Part shown: in pieces, positions 1 to 9,454 of the stretch
Layout of the letters: each line of letters starts with the position of its first letter
How positions within the stretch are numbered: the first letter of the stretch is position 1
NCBI GenBank assembly: GCA_964594835.1
Contig: CAZQNA010000005.1
Span: 99,771 to 163,770, forward strand
Length of the DNA stretch: 64,000 nucleotides
Direction of reading: 5' to 3'
DNA from: an uncultured Nitrososphaerota archaeon
GTDB taxonomy: Archaea > Korarchaeota > Korarchaeia > Korarchaeales > Korarchaeaceae
Made by a program: the position numbers and the translations under genes
Notes under the pieces: model-generated
Database searches by the model: none
What the model saw: only the letters and a program-made list of their open reading frames with translations
What the model was told of the DNA's origin: nothing

Positions 1-21
1 ACCTCCGGTCCCTCTCCTGAC

Positions 22-900
22 TCAGCGGGAGAGCATCTCCCTGATGAAGTTGGGGAGCTGGGCGAGCCCCAGGTGAACACCCGGGTTGTAGAACCTCGTC
101 TTGCCCCGGAGACCCCTCTCCTCGTACCGGCGATCCAGGGTCTCCCTGTCGACCTCCAGCGGGGAGTCGGACCCCTCCAAGAACCCCCACATTCCGCTCT
201 GGTAGGTGGGCGCGAAGGACAGGTAGGGCCTCACGTGCTTGAACACGGACCTGAACACGCCGTGGAGCTCCCTCGTTATCTGCGGATAGAGGAAGGGGGT
301 CTCCGCCTGGGCCACGGCTATGCCGCCATCGGCCAGGACGGCCTTGACCCGCAGATAGAAGTCCCGGGTGAACAGCTTCCTGGCCTCGCCAACGGGGTCG
401 GTGCTGTCCACTATCACTACGTCGAACCTCTCGCCGGTGCTCTCCATGAACTCGTATCCATCGGCGATCACTAGCTCGTGCCTCGGGTCGGCGAAGGAGG
501 AGGCCAGCTCGGGGAAGAACCTCTTGGACACCTCCACGACCCTCTCGTCCAGCTCGGCCTGGACGACACTCCTGACGGTGGGGTGCTTGAGGACCTCTCT
601 CGCCGCCCCCCCGTCCCCACCTCCGACGATCAGGACCCTCTCCGGATGGGGGTGAGTCATCATGGCCGGATGGACGAGCATCTCGTGGTAGATGAACTCG
701 TCCCGCTCCGTGAGCTGTATCAGCCCGTCGAGGACCAGTATCCTCCCGTACTCATACGTCTCCATGACGTCTATCCTCTGGTACCTGCTCGTCTCCGACC
801 ACAGGAACGCCTTCACGCGGAACGAGAGCCTGAGATTCTCGGTGTGGTGGTCTGTGAACCACACGTTAGCCTTCTCTCTCTCAGCCGTGGGTGTGGCCAA
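22..900 (-). CDS. speE: spermidine synthase (polyamine aminopropyltransferase)
   Basis: 292 aa; SpeE motifs VLIVGGGDGGAAREVLKH, DVVIVDSTDP; TTG start. Confidence 0.9.
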   Translation of the reverse strand: MATPTAEREKANVWFTDHHTENLRLSFRVKAFLWSETSRYQRIDVMETYEYGRILVLDGLIQLTERDEFIYHEMLVHPAMMTHPHPERVLIVGGGDGGAAREVLKHPTVRSVVQAELDERVVEVSKRFFPELASSFADPRHELVIADGYEFMESTGERFDVVIVDSTDPVGEARKLFTRDFYLRVKAVLADGGIAVAQAETPFLYPQITRELHGVFRSVFKHVRPYLSFAPTYQSGMWGFLEGSDSPLEVDRETLDRRYEERGLRGKTRFYNPGVHLGLAQLPNFIREMLSR

Positions 901-1342
901 CCTCCTCCCCCCCGACGGGGAAGACAGACGCCCTGATCGCCTCGACCCCTCGGACGGAGTGCAGGGTCTTAACGAGTTCTCTGGCCTTGGAGACGGGCCC
1001 GGCCAGGATCGTCACCTCGAGGCACCTGCCGACGCTCAGGTGAACGTGCGAGGTCGACCTGATTATGTCTATGAACCTGTGCTGGATCTCGGTTATGCTC
1101 TCCGACGCCTCGTCGTGGCGGTACATCAGGGTGATCGACCCGACCACCTGGTAGTCCTCTCCACCCTCTAGGAGCCACGCCCGGTCGCCGATGTACTGGG
1201 CTATGGCCTCGCTGATGGCCTTGGACCTGCTGGGCACGTCCAACTCCTCCACGATCCTGTCCAGCTCCTTGAGCAGTCCGCTCGGGATGGATACCCCGAT
1301 CCGCGTTATCTCGGTCAGACCAGACCCTCCCATCGTGCGCAC
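881..1342 (-). CDS. nikR: nickel-responsive regulator NikR-like (RHH + metal-binding ACT-like domain)
   Basis: N-terminal ribbon-helix-helix (RIGVSIPSGLLKELD), C-terminal HVHLS..CLEV motif; GTG at 1342 or ATG at 1333; TATA-like AATAATTATT at 1349-1360. Confidence 0.7.
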   Translation of the reverse strand: MRTMGGSGLTEITRIGVSIPSGLLKELDRIVEELDVPSRSKAISEAIAQYIGDRAWLLEGGEDYQVVGSITLMYRHDEASESITEIQHRFIDIIRSTSHVHLSVGRCLEVTILAGPVSKARELVKTLHSVRGVEAIRASVFPVGGEEVGHTHG

Positions 1343-1375
1343 CCGCGGGAATAATTATTGAGGTTCCGGGCCCCT

Positions 1376-2788
1376 TCAGGGTCCGCCCCTCTCGGCCGCC
1401 GGCAGGATCGCCTCCTTTGGGGCCCTCTCAAACGGCTCCAGGTATGGCCGGAGGACCTTCGGGACCTCTACCGAGCCGTCAGGGCGCTGGTAGTTCTCGA
1501 TTATGGCCGTTATCGCCCTGGTCGTGGCTATCGCCGTGCTGTTGAGGGTGTGGACGTATCCTCGGCTTCCGTCCCCCCTTATGTACCTTATCCCTAGCCT
1601 GAAGGCCTGCCAGTCCAGGCAGTTGCTGCAGCTGACCATCTCCCGATACCTCCCCTGGGCTGGCATCCAGGCCTCCAGGTCGAACTTCCTAGCCGCCTGG
1701 GGGCCCAGCTCCTGGGCGCATATGTCTACCACGCGGTACGGGATCTCCAGTGCCCGCCAGAGTTCTTCTGCATTCTGGATGAGCCTCTCGTGCCAGTCCC
1801 AGCTCTCATCCGGCATGCAGAAGACGACCTGCTCGACCTTGTGGAACTGGTGAACCCTGAACACGCCCTTGGTGTCCCTCCCGTGGGCGCCGGCCTCCCT
1901 CCTGAAGCAGGGGCTGACGCCGGCATAGAGCAGCGGGAGGTTGGAGTCCTGAATCTCCTCTCTGGCGTGCATGGAGACCAGCGGGTGCTCGGAGGTGGAT
2001 ATGAGGAAGAGGTCCTCCCCGTCGATCTTGTAGATGGCGTCCATGAAGTCCTCCAGCGGGGTCACGCCCCTGTAGACCTCGCCCTTGAGCATGTAGGGTG
2101 GGATCACGAGCCTGAACCCCTTCCTGGTCAGGCGGTCCATCGCGAACATCATCAGGGCGAGATCCAGCCAGACCAGGTCCTCGAGCATGTAGAAGAACCG
2201 AGAGCCGGCCACCTTGCCGGCCCGCCTGGTGTCCACGAGACCCAGAACAAGCTCAGACTCGTCCGCGTGGCCCCGGGGCCTCCAGTCCACCACCTCGTGG
2301 TCGACCCTGAACCCCCACCTCTCCGTCTGCCGCCTGAACTCCTCTAGGTGACCCTCCCAGACCCTAGGCTTACCCCAGAACCTGATTGGGACTGCCTCCT
2401 CACCTTCTGGACAGGATGGGACGTCAGGATGAATTGGGACCGCTGGAAGGGTCCACAGGGCAGATGTCCGCTCCTCGGAAAGCGTGGAGAACTCCGACTC
2501 CAGCCTCTTTACCTGATCCGACACCTTCTTGGCTTCCTCTATGAGAGACCTCCTCTCCTCTCCGGAGGCCCGAGCTATCCTCCCGGTCAGCTCGTTGCGA
2601 TACCTCCGGAGCTCGTCGAGCCTGAACTTGGTCTCCCTCCACCTCTCGTCCAGGGCGCGCGCCCGATCCACGATGGACTCGTCCATCCCCCTCTTCCTGA
2701 GTTCTGCCTTCAGAGCCTCCGGATCGCCTCTCAAGATCTCCAGCGCGCTCCACAACTCGGGTCGTCGCCCCCTCCGCGTGAGCGCCAT
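1376..2788 (-). CDS. serS: seryl-tRNA synthetase
   Basis: 470 aa, N-terminal coiled coil plus class II aaRS core typical of SerRS. Confidence 0.93.
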   Translation of the reverse strand: MALTRRGRRPELWSALEILRGDPEALKAELRKRGMDESIVDRARALDERWRETKFRLDELRRYRNELTGRIARASGEERRSLIEEAKKVSDQVKRLESEFSTLSEERTSALWTLPAVPIHPDVPSCPEGEEAVPIRFWGKPRVWEGHLEEFRRQTERWGFRVDHEVVDWRPRGHADESELVLGLVDTRRAGKVAGSRFFYMLEDLVWLDLALMMFAMDRLTRKGFRLVIPPYMLKGEVYRGVTPLEDFMDAIYKIDGEDLFLISTSEHPLVSMHAREEIQDSNLPLLYAGVSPCFRREAGAHGRDTKGVFRVHQFHKVEQVVFCMPDESWDWHERLIQNAEELWRALEIPYRVVDICAQELGPQAARKFDLEAWMPAQGRYREMVSCSNCLDWQAFRLGIRYIRGDGSRGYVHTLNSTAIATTRAITAIIENYQRPDGSVEVPKVLRPYLEPFERAPKEAILPAAERGGP

Positions 2789-2856
2789 TAAAGGTTTGGC
2801 GGCGCCTCGGTCCGCCCATCAATCCTCACTCCTCAGGTGAAGGAATTGACCTCATC

Positions 2857-2876
2857 GGCGCCGGAGAATCCGGCGC
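2857..2876. other. perfect 8-bp stem / 3-nt loop inverted repeat (GCGCCGGA gaa TCCGGCGC) between convergent-operon genes
   Basis: seen directly in sequence. Confidence 0.5.
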
Positions 2877-2885
2877 GAGGGGGAT

Positions 2886-3410
2886 TTAAACCTCCAGCTC
2901 CACCCTCTCCGCCAGGCCAGCGGATGAGAGCACGGCCGCCGCGAAGGCGCCTATCGCCCCCGAGCCGTCTCCCCCCAGCTCCCACAGCTCGACTCCGTGC
3001 GACTCCGCGACCCGGCGAACCTCCTCCAGAGAGACCGGCTCCCTGGTAATCCTCTCCGCCAGGGCGACCAGCCGGTCCGCGGGGGGAGAGTCCAGGACCA
3101 GGGCCAGACCGGGGCCGCTTCCCGGGCCGCTCATCTCTGCCACTAACTCACCCAGCTCCTCCAGGAGATCCCAGGGATCGCCCCGGGCCTCCAGCGCCCA
3201 GGCCACGTTCTCCTCCCCCCTGCCGACCAGAGACGGGGGGGCCAGCCTGACCGCGTAGACTGCTATGCCGCCGGCCCCGGCGCTGATGAGCCTGGAGACG
3301 GCCTCTCGACAAACTTCGCCCGTCCCAACCCCATCTGGGCCCTCCACTCCGTCGAGCCCTATGTAGGCCGTCGGGACCCCGCCGACGGCCGCGCGACCCA
3401 CCCCTCTCAA
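2886..3410 (-). CDS. hypothetical protein
   Basis: 174 aa ORF in operon orientation upstream of serS; no confident family assignment. Confidence 0.4.
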   Translation of the reverse strand: MRGVGRAAVGGVPTAYIGLDGVEGPDGVGTGEVCREAVSRLISAGAGGIAVYAVRLAPPSLVGRGEENVAWALEARGDPWDLLEELGELVAEMSGPGSGPGLALVLDSPPADRLVALAERITREPVSLEEVRRVAESHGVELWELGGDGSGAIGAFAAAVLSSAGLAERVELEV

Positions 3411-3847
3411 CCGCCCCCGCCCTCCAGCTCCCTGATGAGCAGGGAGAGCACCAGCTCATCCACCCCCTCGGCCCACCTCCTCTTCGCCACGATCTCGTTC
3501 CTGAAGAGCACTATCGAGGCGACGACCACCCCGGGGCCGACGTAGACCTTCGGCTTGCTGCTGACCAGCTCTACGAAGCCCCTCCTACGCAGCCTCTCCA
3601 CGAAGGCGCTCACCCTCGGGTGCCCGGGAAAGACGAATGCCATCTCTCCGTCGAAGGCTATGGTCTTCCTGCCCACGACCACGGTTCCCTTCCTTCCCCT
3701 GAGCCTGTTCGAAGCCCTCCTGATGGACCTCTGTATCATCCCCGCCTCCGCGACCGTCAGGGAGATCCTTGAACTTTTCCTCCTGAGGGTCCTGACGAGC
3801 CTTCGCAGCTTGGTTTCTTCTTCCGCGTCTCGGTCCGGTGCGTCCAA
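3407..3847 (-). CDS. hypothetical basic protein (start uncertain; TTG at 3847 or internal ATG)
   Basis: 146 aa ORF, 4-nt overlap with the downstream gene; TATA-like TTTTTATCTA ~50 nt upstream. Confidence 0.4.
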   Translation of the reverse strand: MDAPDRDAEEETKLRRLVRTLRRKSSRISLTVAEAGMIQRSIRRASNRLRGRKGTVVVGRKTIAFDGEMAFVFPGHPRVSAFVERLRRRGFVELVSSKPKVYVGPGVVVASIVLFRNEIVAKRRWAEGVDELVLSLLIRELEGGGG

Positions 3848-3956
3848 GAGGGATCCCCTCGAACCAGCGGGTTTTCGCGCCCGTTTTTGCGCCTCATAGA
3901 TAAAAAGATGAGACGTGAGCGCCCTCTAGTGGACACAAAGGGAGGCGTCGCGCCCC

Positions 3957-5576
3957 CTAGACCGACCGGAGCCCGCTCCTCTTCCTGCCCCCTCCCGTCC
4001 TCCTCTTCCTTGGTCTGCGGGACCTCTGCCCCCCAATCCCCCGTCTGCTCTTCCTCGGCCCTCCCCTGGACTTCAGGAGGTAGGCGGCTCCCCCGACCGC
4101 GGCCAGGGAGGCGCCGACCCCCGCTGCCAGCCTCCAGCTCACCGCCCCCTCGGGGCCCTCCTCGAGGCCACCGGGCTGCGAGGCCTCCACGGTGTACTGA
4201 CTCCCGTTGACGTCCACGAGGTAGATCCCCGCCTCCCACGTCGGGAAGGACAGGGTGACGTTTCTCGTCCCGCCCCCTGGAACCCTCACGACCTCGGTGG
4301 TCCTCATAGTCTCGTTCACGGTCAGCTGGACGGCGCAGGTCGCGTCGAGGTCTCCGGGGTTGGTCAAGGTGGCCGTCAGATTCACCAGGTCGCCTGGGGC
4401 GACTGTCCCGTTGGGGATGGTCACCCCTTGGAGCAGGCACTCGCCTGGTGAGAGGACCCTCACCTCGAGCGGGCCGAGGTTCCCGACCTTCACCTTGTGC
4501 ACGCCGGGCTCGTTGAGCGTGACCTCGAACTGAATGTCCTTGGACGACATCGGATCGACCACCAGGCTCCTGCTGGCAGCAGCCTCACCGTCCACCGTCA
4601 GGGTGAGTCTTATGTCCCTCTCCATCTCTCCCTCGTTGTAGACCGTCACGTAGACCTTCAGCTTCTCTCCAGGCTTCAGCTCGGACGCGCTGGCCCTAAG
4701 GTTCCTGACCTTCAGGTCTCCGGGCTCGAGGACGTGAATCTGAGCTGAGAAGACCCCTCCCACGTCTATCCAGTGGTCTCCCGGCTGGGTGAGCTCCACC
4801 TCCCAGCTCAGGTCCTTGCTCTGACCCGCCGCCAGGACGCCCGTCTTCGTCTGAAGGTGGGACCCGTCCAGCTGGGCCTCGATCTCATACGTCCCCTCCC
4901 CGGTCCCCACGTTGTTCACCCTGACGCCGAACCTCACGGTCTCTCCCGGGGCCACCTGGTAGCTGCTCACCCAGAAGTTGGAGTACGTGATCCTGGGCCT
5001 GGCGACCACCTCTATCCGGGCGTGAGGCGGCCCGCAGTTGGGGAGGTCCCAGGGGCCCTTGCCCGTCAGGTTCGAAGTCTCCCTCCATATCCTGAAGAGG
5101 TTCTCCACCGGGTCGGCCGATGGATCCTGCGGGGGCGGCACGTACAGGACCCACAGGCTGTAGTTTCCGGGGGACCTTGGGGCGTTCATCGTGGCTCTCA
5201 GGCGGTAGATCGACCCGCTAGAGCTGGGAATCCCCTCGTATATCTTCACGTACGCCCTCCGGTCCGGTGGCCAGTCCTTCGACCACGACCCAATCACGAG
5301 GAGCGCCATCGGCGCCCGGGAGGAGGTCTTCTTGAGCCACATCTCAACGTATATCTCGAACTGCCCGCCCACCTCGACCCTCGTGACCCTCTGACTCCCC
5401 GTGAGGGTGGTGTTCAGGTCCACGTAGCGAACCTTGACGTAGCTGGATATCGGACAGAAGAGGGTGCAGGCGCCCGTGGGCAGACTGGCCAGCCCCCCTC
5501 CGGCGGCGCCGACCTCTCCGGTTATCGCGAGCGTGAGGATCAGCAGGAACAGCAAGGCCTGGTTGAGCCCCCTCAA
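3957..5576 (-). CDS. secreted cell-surface protein with repeated CARDB-like domains, C-terminal TM anchor and Arg-rich tail
   Basis: Signal peptide MRGLNQALLFLLILTLAITG; repeated NxxG/YxxVxN beta-sandwich motifs; C-terminal AAVGGAAYLL then a K/R-rich tail. Confidence 0.7.
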   Translation of the reverse strand: MRGLNQALLFLLILTLAITGEVGAAGGGLASLPTGACTLFCPISSYVKVRYVDLNTTLTGSQRVTRVEVGGQFEIYVEMWLKKTSSRAPMALLVIGSWSKDWPPDRRAYVKIYEGIPSSSGSIYRLRATMNAPRSPGNYSLWVLYVPPPQDPSADPVENLFRIWRETSNLTGKGPWDLPNCGPPHARIEVVARPRITYSNFWVSSYQVAPGETVRFGVRVNNVGTGEGTYEIEAQLDGSHLQTKTGVLAAGQSKDLSWEVELTQPGDHWIDVGGVFSAQIHVLEPGDLKVRNLRASASELKPGEKLKVYVTVYNEGEMERDIRLTLTVDGEAAASRSLVVDPMSSKDIQFEVTLNEPGVHKVKVGNLGPLEVRVLSPGECLLQGVTIPNGTVAPGDLVNLTATLTNPGDLDATCAVQLTVNETMRTTEVVRVPGGGTRNVTLSFPTWEAGIYLVDVNGSQYTVEASQPGGLEEGPEGAVSWRLAAGVGASLAAVGGAAYLLKSRGGPRKSRRGIGGQRSRRPRKRRTGGGRKRSGLRSV

Positions 5577-5747
5577 GCCACCCTCCTCCCCAACACCTTT
5601 GGGGGTATAGATAGGTATTTCGACGCCTGCGGGCTCGACCGATCCCGCGGCTCGCCTGTCGATTAGCGCGCGTGGGCTCGGCCGGTCGACTCTGCGTCAA
5701 CTTTACTACTTTGGCCGGAGGGGCCAACAAGGCGGGTGCGGCTGGAC

Positions 5748-6242
5748 ATGTGCGAGGGGGTGAAGCTCGAGGTAGTGGACCTGTCCCCTCCCGAGGGGGC
5801 CAATGTGATAGTGGCCCAGTCTCACTTCATCAAGACTGTCGAGGACGTCTACGAGGCCCTCGTTGAGTCGTGCCCCTCGATAAAGTTTGGAGTGGCGTTC
5901 TGCGAGTCTTCCGGGAAGAGGCTGATAAGGCACGTCGGGAACGACCCGGAGCTCGAGAGGGAGGCCATAGAGCGGGCCAAGAGGCTGGCCGCCGGTCACA
6001 CCCTCGTGATCCTGATTCGGGACGCCTGGCCCATCAACGTCCTGAACAGGCTCAAGTCCGTCAGCGAGATAGTGACCGTCTTCGCCGCGACCGCCAATCC
6101 ACTGCAGGCCATCGTGGCGGAGACGGACCAGGGAAGGGGCCTGCTCGGGGTCATAGACGGCCAGACCCCCGTCGGCGTGGAGGGAGACGAGGACATCCGG
6201 GAGAGGAAGGAACTCCTGAGGAGGTTCGGCTACAAGCTTTGA
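5748..6242 (+). CDS. adenosine-specific kinase family protein (DUF355-like)
   Basis: Approx. 165 aa; [23 protein letters not shown]-type N-terminus; ORF opens with GTG at 5736, ATG at 5748 preferred. Confidence 0.55.
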   Translation: MCEGVKLEVVDLSPPEGANVIVAQSHFIKTVEDVYEALVESCPSIKFGVAFCESSGKRLIRHVGNDPELEREAIERAKRLAAGHTLVILIRDAWPINVLNRLKSVSEIVTVFAATANPLQAIVAETDQGRGLLGVIDGQTPVGVEGDEDIRERKELLRRFGYKL

Positions 6243-6414
6243 GGGACCACGCGACCGTTTCAAAACGTTGTCAAAAGTCCCTGGACGGTCCTAGTCGAAA
6301 TCCATAAAGCCTTGGGCCCCCCGTTTGCGCGGGCCACCCTCCAAGGGGTCCCGGCCCCCAGCGGGTCGGGCCCCCTCAGACTAACCTTTTTTCCGTGGGC
6401 GACGGGTCCGGCCT

Positions 6415-7410
6415 GTGCTGACCGGAAAGCTGCCGCCTGAGAGGCTGAGCGCATTCTTGAGGAAGATATACAGGCCCAGGGGGGATGTCCTCCTCGGGCC
6501 CGGAGTCGGGGAGGACTACGCCGCCCTGCTCGCTGACGGCGTCGCCGTGGTAGTCCACTCCGATCCCATAACCGGAGCCGGAGAGAACGCCGGCTGGCTG
6601 GCCGTCCATGTGGCCTGCAACGACGTCGCGACGTCGGGCGCCGATCCGAGGTGGCTCCTGGTGACCCTCCTGGCCAGCGGCGGCTCGACCTTCGAGAGGC
6701 TGGAGAAGCTAGCCGATCAGATCAGGTCGGCGGCGGACGAGGTGGGCGCCAGCGTGGTCGGAGGCCACACGGAGGTGACCCCCTGGCTCCAGAGGGACAT
6801 CGTGGTCACGACCGCAATAGGCTACACCAGGCCAGATCGGCTGATAAGGAGTTCGGGCGCCAGGCCGGGCGACCTCGCCATAGTCACGAAGGCCGCGGCC
6901 CTGGAGGGCACGGCTATACTCGCCACGGACCTGAGGGAGAGGCTGATCGACAGTGTCGACGAGGGGACCCTCAGGAGGGCCTCAGAATTCATAAGGGAGA
7001 TAAGCGTCGTGAGAGACGCCAGAATAGCCGCCGACCTCGGCGCCCACGCCCTTCACGATCCCACCGAGGGGGGAGTGGCCGCGGGTATCCAGGAGGTCGC
7101 GATGGCCTCGGGGGTCGGCGTGATCGTCCGGGAGGAGGACATCCCAGTCAGGCGCGAGACCCTAGAGATATGCGGGGCCCTCGGCGTCGATCCCATGCGG
7201 CTGGTGAGTTCCGGGTCCCTCCTCATAGCGGCCCCCAGGGAATCTGCCAGCGACATCGTAAGAGAGCTGAGGGCGGAGGGCGTCGAGGCAGCCGTGGTCG
7301 GCGAGTTCGTGGAAGACCCGTCCGTCCGGGTGATGATCCGGAGGGACGGATCCAGGCTTGACCTGAACGAGCCCGTGTCGGAGGAGCTGTGGAGGGTAGT
7401 CCCCGGCTGA
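6415..7410 (+). CDS. AIR synthase-related protein (PurM/HypE/ThiL superfamily)
   Basis: GPGVGEDYAAL, VVGGHTEV, DPTEGG motifs; GTG start 20-29 nt after T-rich box CCTTTTTTCC. Confidence 0.8.
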   Translation: MLTGKLPPERLSAFLRKIYRPRGDVLLGPGVGEDYAALLADGVAVVVHSDPITGAGENAGWLAVHVACNDVATSGADPRWLLVTLLASGGSTFERLEKLADQIRSAADEVGASVVGGHTEVTPWLQRDIVVTTAIGYTRPDRLIRSSGARPGDLAIVTKAAALEGTAILATDLRERLIDSVDEGTLRRASEFIREISVVRDARIAADLGAHALHDPTEGGVAAGIQEVAMASGVGVIVREEDIPVRRETLEICGALGVDPMRLVSSGSLLIAAPRESASDIVRELRAEGVEAAVVGEFVEDPSVRVMIRRDGSRLDLNEPVSEELWRVVPG

Positions 7411-7427
7411 GCGGCGGGGCGGGCCGC

Positions 7428-8303
7428 TCAGCCGTACCTCGATATCCTCCCGACGAAGATCTCCTGCCTCACGGCGTCCACGAAGACGTCGACGCCCATC
7501 ACCGTCGGGAGCCTCCTCACCACATCCCTCTCCGTGACTATGCCGACGTTGGCCTCCCCCTCCCTGACCAGCAGGCTCCCGACTCCGAGCGACCTCATCA
7601 GCCTGAGCGCCTCGCTCACGTCGGTCTTTGAGTCGATCCACGCCACGGCCCTCCTCCAGGTGGGGTCAAGTGGGGTCCCGGATATCTCCTCGCCCCCTCC
7701 GCTCTGAAGGACTTCCCAGGTCTTCCAAGACCCAAGGACTGAGATCACGTCCTTCAGAGTGATGATTCCAACTATCTCGCCGGAGTCGTCGGAGAAGGGG
7801 ACTCTCCTGATGTTGAACTCGATCATCTTGGCCACGGCGTCGAAGAGCGAGTCCCTCCGGCTGGCCGCTATGAGCGGGGAGCTAGCTATCTCCCCCACCC
7901 GAACGTAAGTCGCGTGCCCTGAGAGGGCGTCCACGATGTGCCTCTCGGATACTATCCCCACGACCCTGCCCCTGGCCCCCACCACGGGAATGGCCCCGAA
8001 GTCGTGGTCCAAGAACCTCCGAACCAGCCTGGCGAATCCCTCCTGAAGTTCGACGGTCACGACTTCCCTGGTCATGACGTCCCCGGCGGTCCCCTCCCTG
8101 AGCCGGATGAGCCCCCTGTCTCCGGCCCTGACGAGGTGGCGGAGGATGTCCTTTGCCGAGACAATCCCGACGAGCTTCTCTCCGTCCTGAACCAGGGCGT
8201 GACGCACGGCCCTGTTCCGCATCCCCCTGAGCACGCCGAAGAGGGGCGCTTCGGGCTCCACGACTACCGGGGGAGGGTACCTCCCTATCAGACCTATCAG
8301 CAC
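7428..8303 (-). CDS. CBS-domain protein (four CBS repeats)
   Basis: Four CBS repeats; the ORF-track N-terminus looks like non-coding readthrough; GTG at 8303 preceded by GAGGT proposed as start. Confidence 0.7.
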   Translation of the reverse strand: MLIGLIGRYPPPVVVEPEAPLFGVLRGMRNRAVRHALVQDGEKLVGIVSAKDILRHLVRAGDRGLIRLREGTAGDVMTREVVTVELQEGFARLVRRFLDHDFGAIPVVGARGRVVGIVSERHIVDALSGHATYVRVGEIASSPLIAASRRDSLFDAVAKMIEFNIRRVPFSDDSGEIVGIITLKDVISVLGSWKTWEVLQSGGGEEISGTPLDPTWRRAVAWIDSKTDVSEALRLMRSLGVGSLLVREGEANVGIVTERDVVRRLPTVMGVDVFVDAVRQEIFVGRISRYG

Positions 8304-8397
8304 GCCCAAGCCGAGACCTCCCTGGCGGAAAAATGCGCTCGGCTGGGCCGCCAGTGGGACATTAAAAATAGCCGTGGGTGGTCGGGGGAGTAGGCAG

Positions 8398-8820
8398 ATG
8401 ATGGTCAGCGTCAGGACCACGAGCATATCGGCCGAGCGCCTCTGGGACGTTGAGGCTCCGCTCCCTGCGCCCGTTCAGATCCAGCTCAACGTCACGGTCC
8501 ACAAGCTTGAGCCCTCCGGCAAGGGGAAGGCCAAGGGGTCCTTCGTCGTCTCGGCCACGTACAACCCGGCGGTCGCCCAGATAACCATAAGGGGGATCGT
8601 ACTCGTCCAGGGCAGCGAGAAGGAGGTGAAGGAGGCCGTCGACAGGTCGGGCTCCGGCAAGCCCCCGGACGCCGTGGTCCAGGCGGTCTTCTCGTCCGCG
8701 ATGGCGGACGCCGTCGTCGCCAGCCGCTCGATAGGAGTGCCCCCGCCCCTGCCCGCGCCCATGATCTCCAGGCAGCAGAGAACGCAGCAGGGCTCGGGCT
8801 CCATGGAGTACGCGATCTGA
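8398..8820 (+). CDS. hypothetical small protein with Q-rich C-terminus
   Basis: ATG at 8398 preceded by GGGGGA and TTAAAAATA box ~30 nt upstream; protein-like composition. Confidence 0.4.
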   Translation: MMVSVRTTSISAERLWDVEAPLPAPVQIQLNVTVHKLEPSGKGKAKGSFVVSATYNPAVAQITIRGIVLVQGSEKEVKEAVDRSGSGKPPDAVVQAVFSSAMADAVVASRSIGVPPPLPAPMISRQQRTQQGSGSMEYAI

Positions 8821-8899
8821 CGGGTCATAGGCCGCCTGCCAGTCCCCTCGAGCTCGTCGGGTCGGGATTAAATCGTAGGATCTCAGGGCCCGCGAGAGG

Positions 8900-9454
8900 A
8901 TGCTCCTGAGTGATAGGTCCATAAGGGCCCTGTTGAAGTCCGGCGAGCTCGTCATAGACCCCCTGTGTTCGGACACGGTGAGAGAGAACGGGGTTGACCT
9001 CAGGATAGGTGGACAGGTCGCGTTCCCCGTTGAGAGGGGAGGGACGATCGACCTCGCGGGGGCGGAGCCGGAGGAACAGTTCGTCAGGGTCGACATCCCC
9101 AGAGAGGGCCTCCTGATTCCCGGGAACTCCAGCGTCCTACTGGTCACGGAGGAGAGGGTCAGGCTGCCGTCGAATCTGGCCGGCCTCTGCGGGCTCAGGA
9201 GCACCCTGGCGAGGTGGGGATTTCTCTCGGCTCCGACCCTCATCGACGCCGGGTTCGAGGGGCAGCTGACTATCGAGGTCTTCTGGACGAGGCCCTCTCC
9301 GGTCAGGATCTACCGCGGACTGCGGTTCCTTCACGTGGTCTTCTTCAGGCTGGACGAGAACTCCACCAGGCCCTACTCCGGCTTCTACCAGGGCCAGAGC
9401 GGGGTCAGCCTCCCGAAGAGCCTGGGTGATGAGGTTGAGGATCTCGAGGGTTGA
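8900..9454 (+). CDS. dcd: dCTP deaminase
   Basis: MLLSDRSI N-terminus, YQGQ C-terminal motif; TATA GATTAAAT ~30 nt upstream. Confidence 0.9.
   Translation: MLLSDRSIRALLKSGELVIDPLCSDTVRENGVDLRIGGQVAFPVERGGTIDLAGAEPEEQFVRVDIPREGLLIPGNSSVLLVTEERVRLPSNLAGLCGLRSTLARWGFLSAPTLIDAGFEGQLTIEVFWTRPSPVRIYRGLRFLHVVFFRLDENSTRPYSGFYQGQSGVSLPKSLGDEVEDLEG

Noticed and set aside
8362-9243. 293-aa minus-strand ORF
   Set aside because: Antisense to dcd and to the small plus-strand ORF. No motifs.
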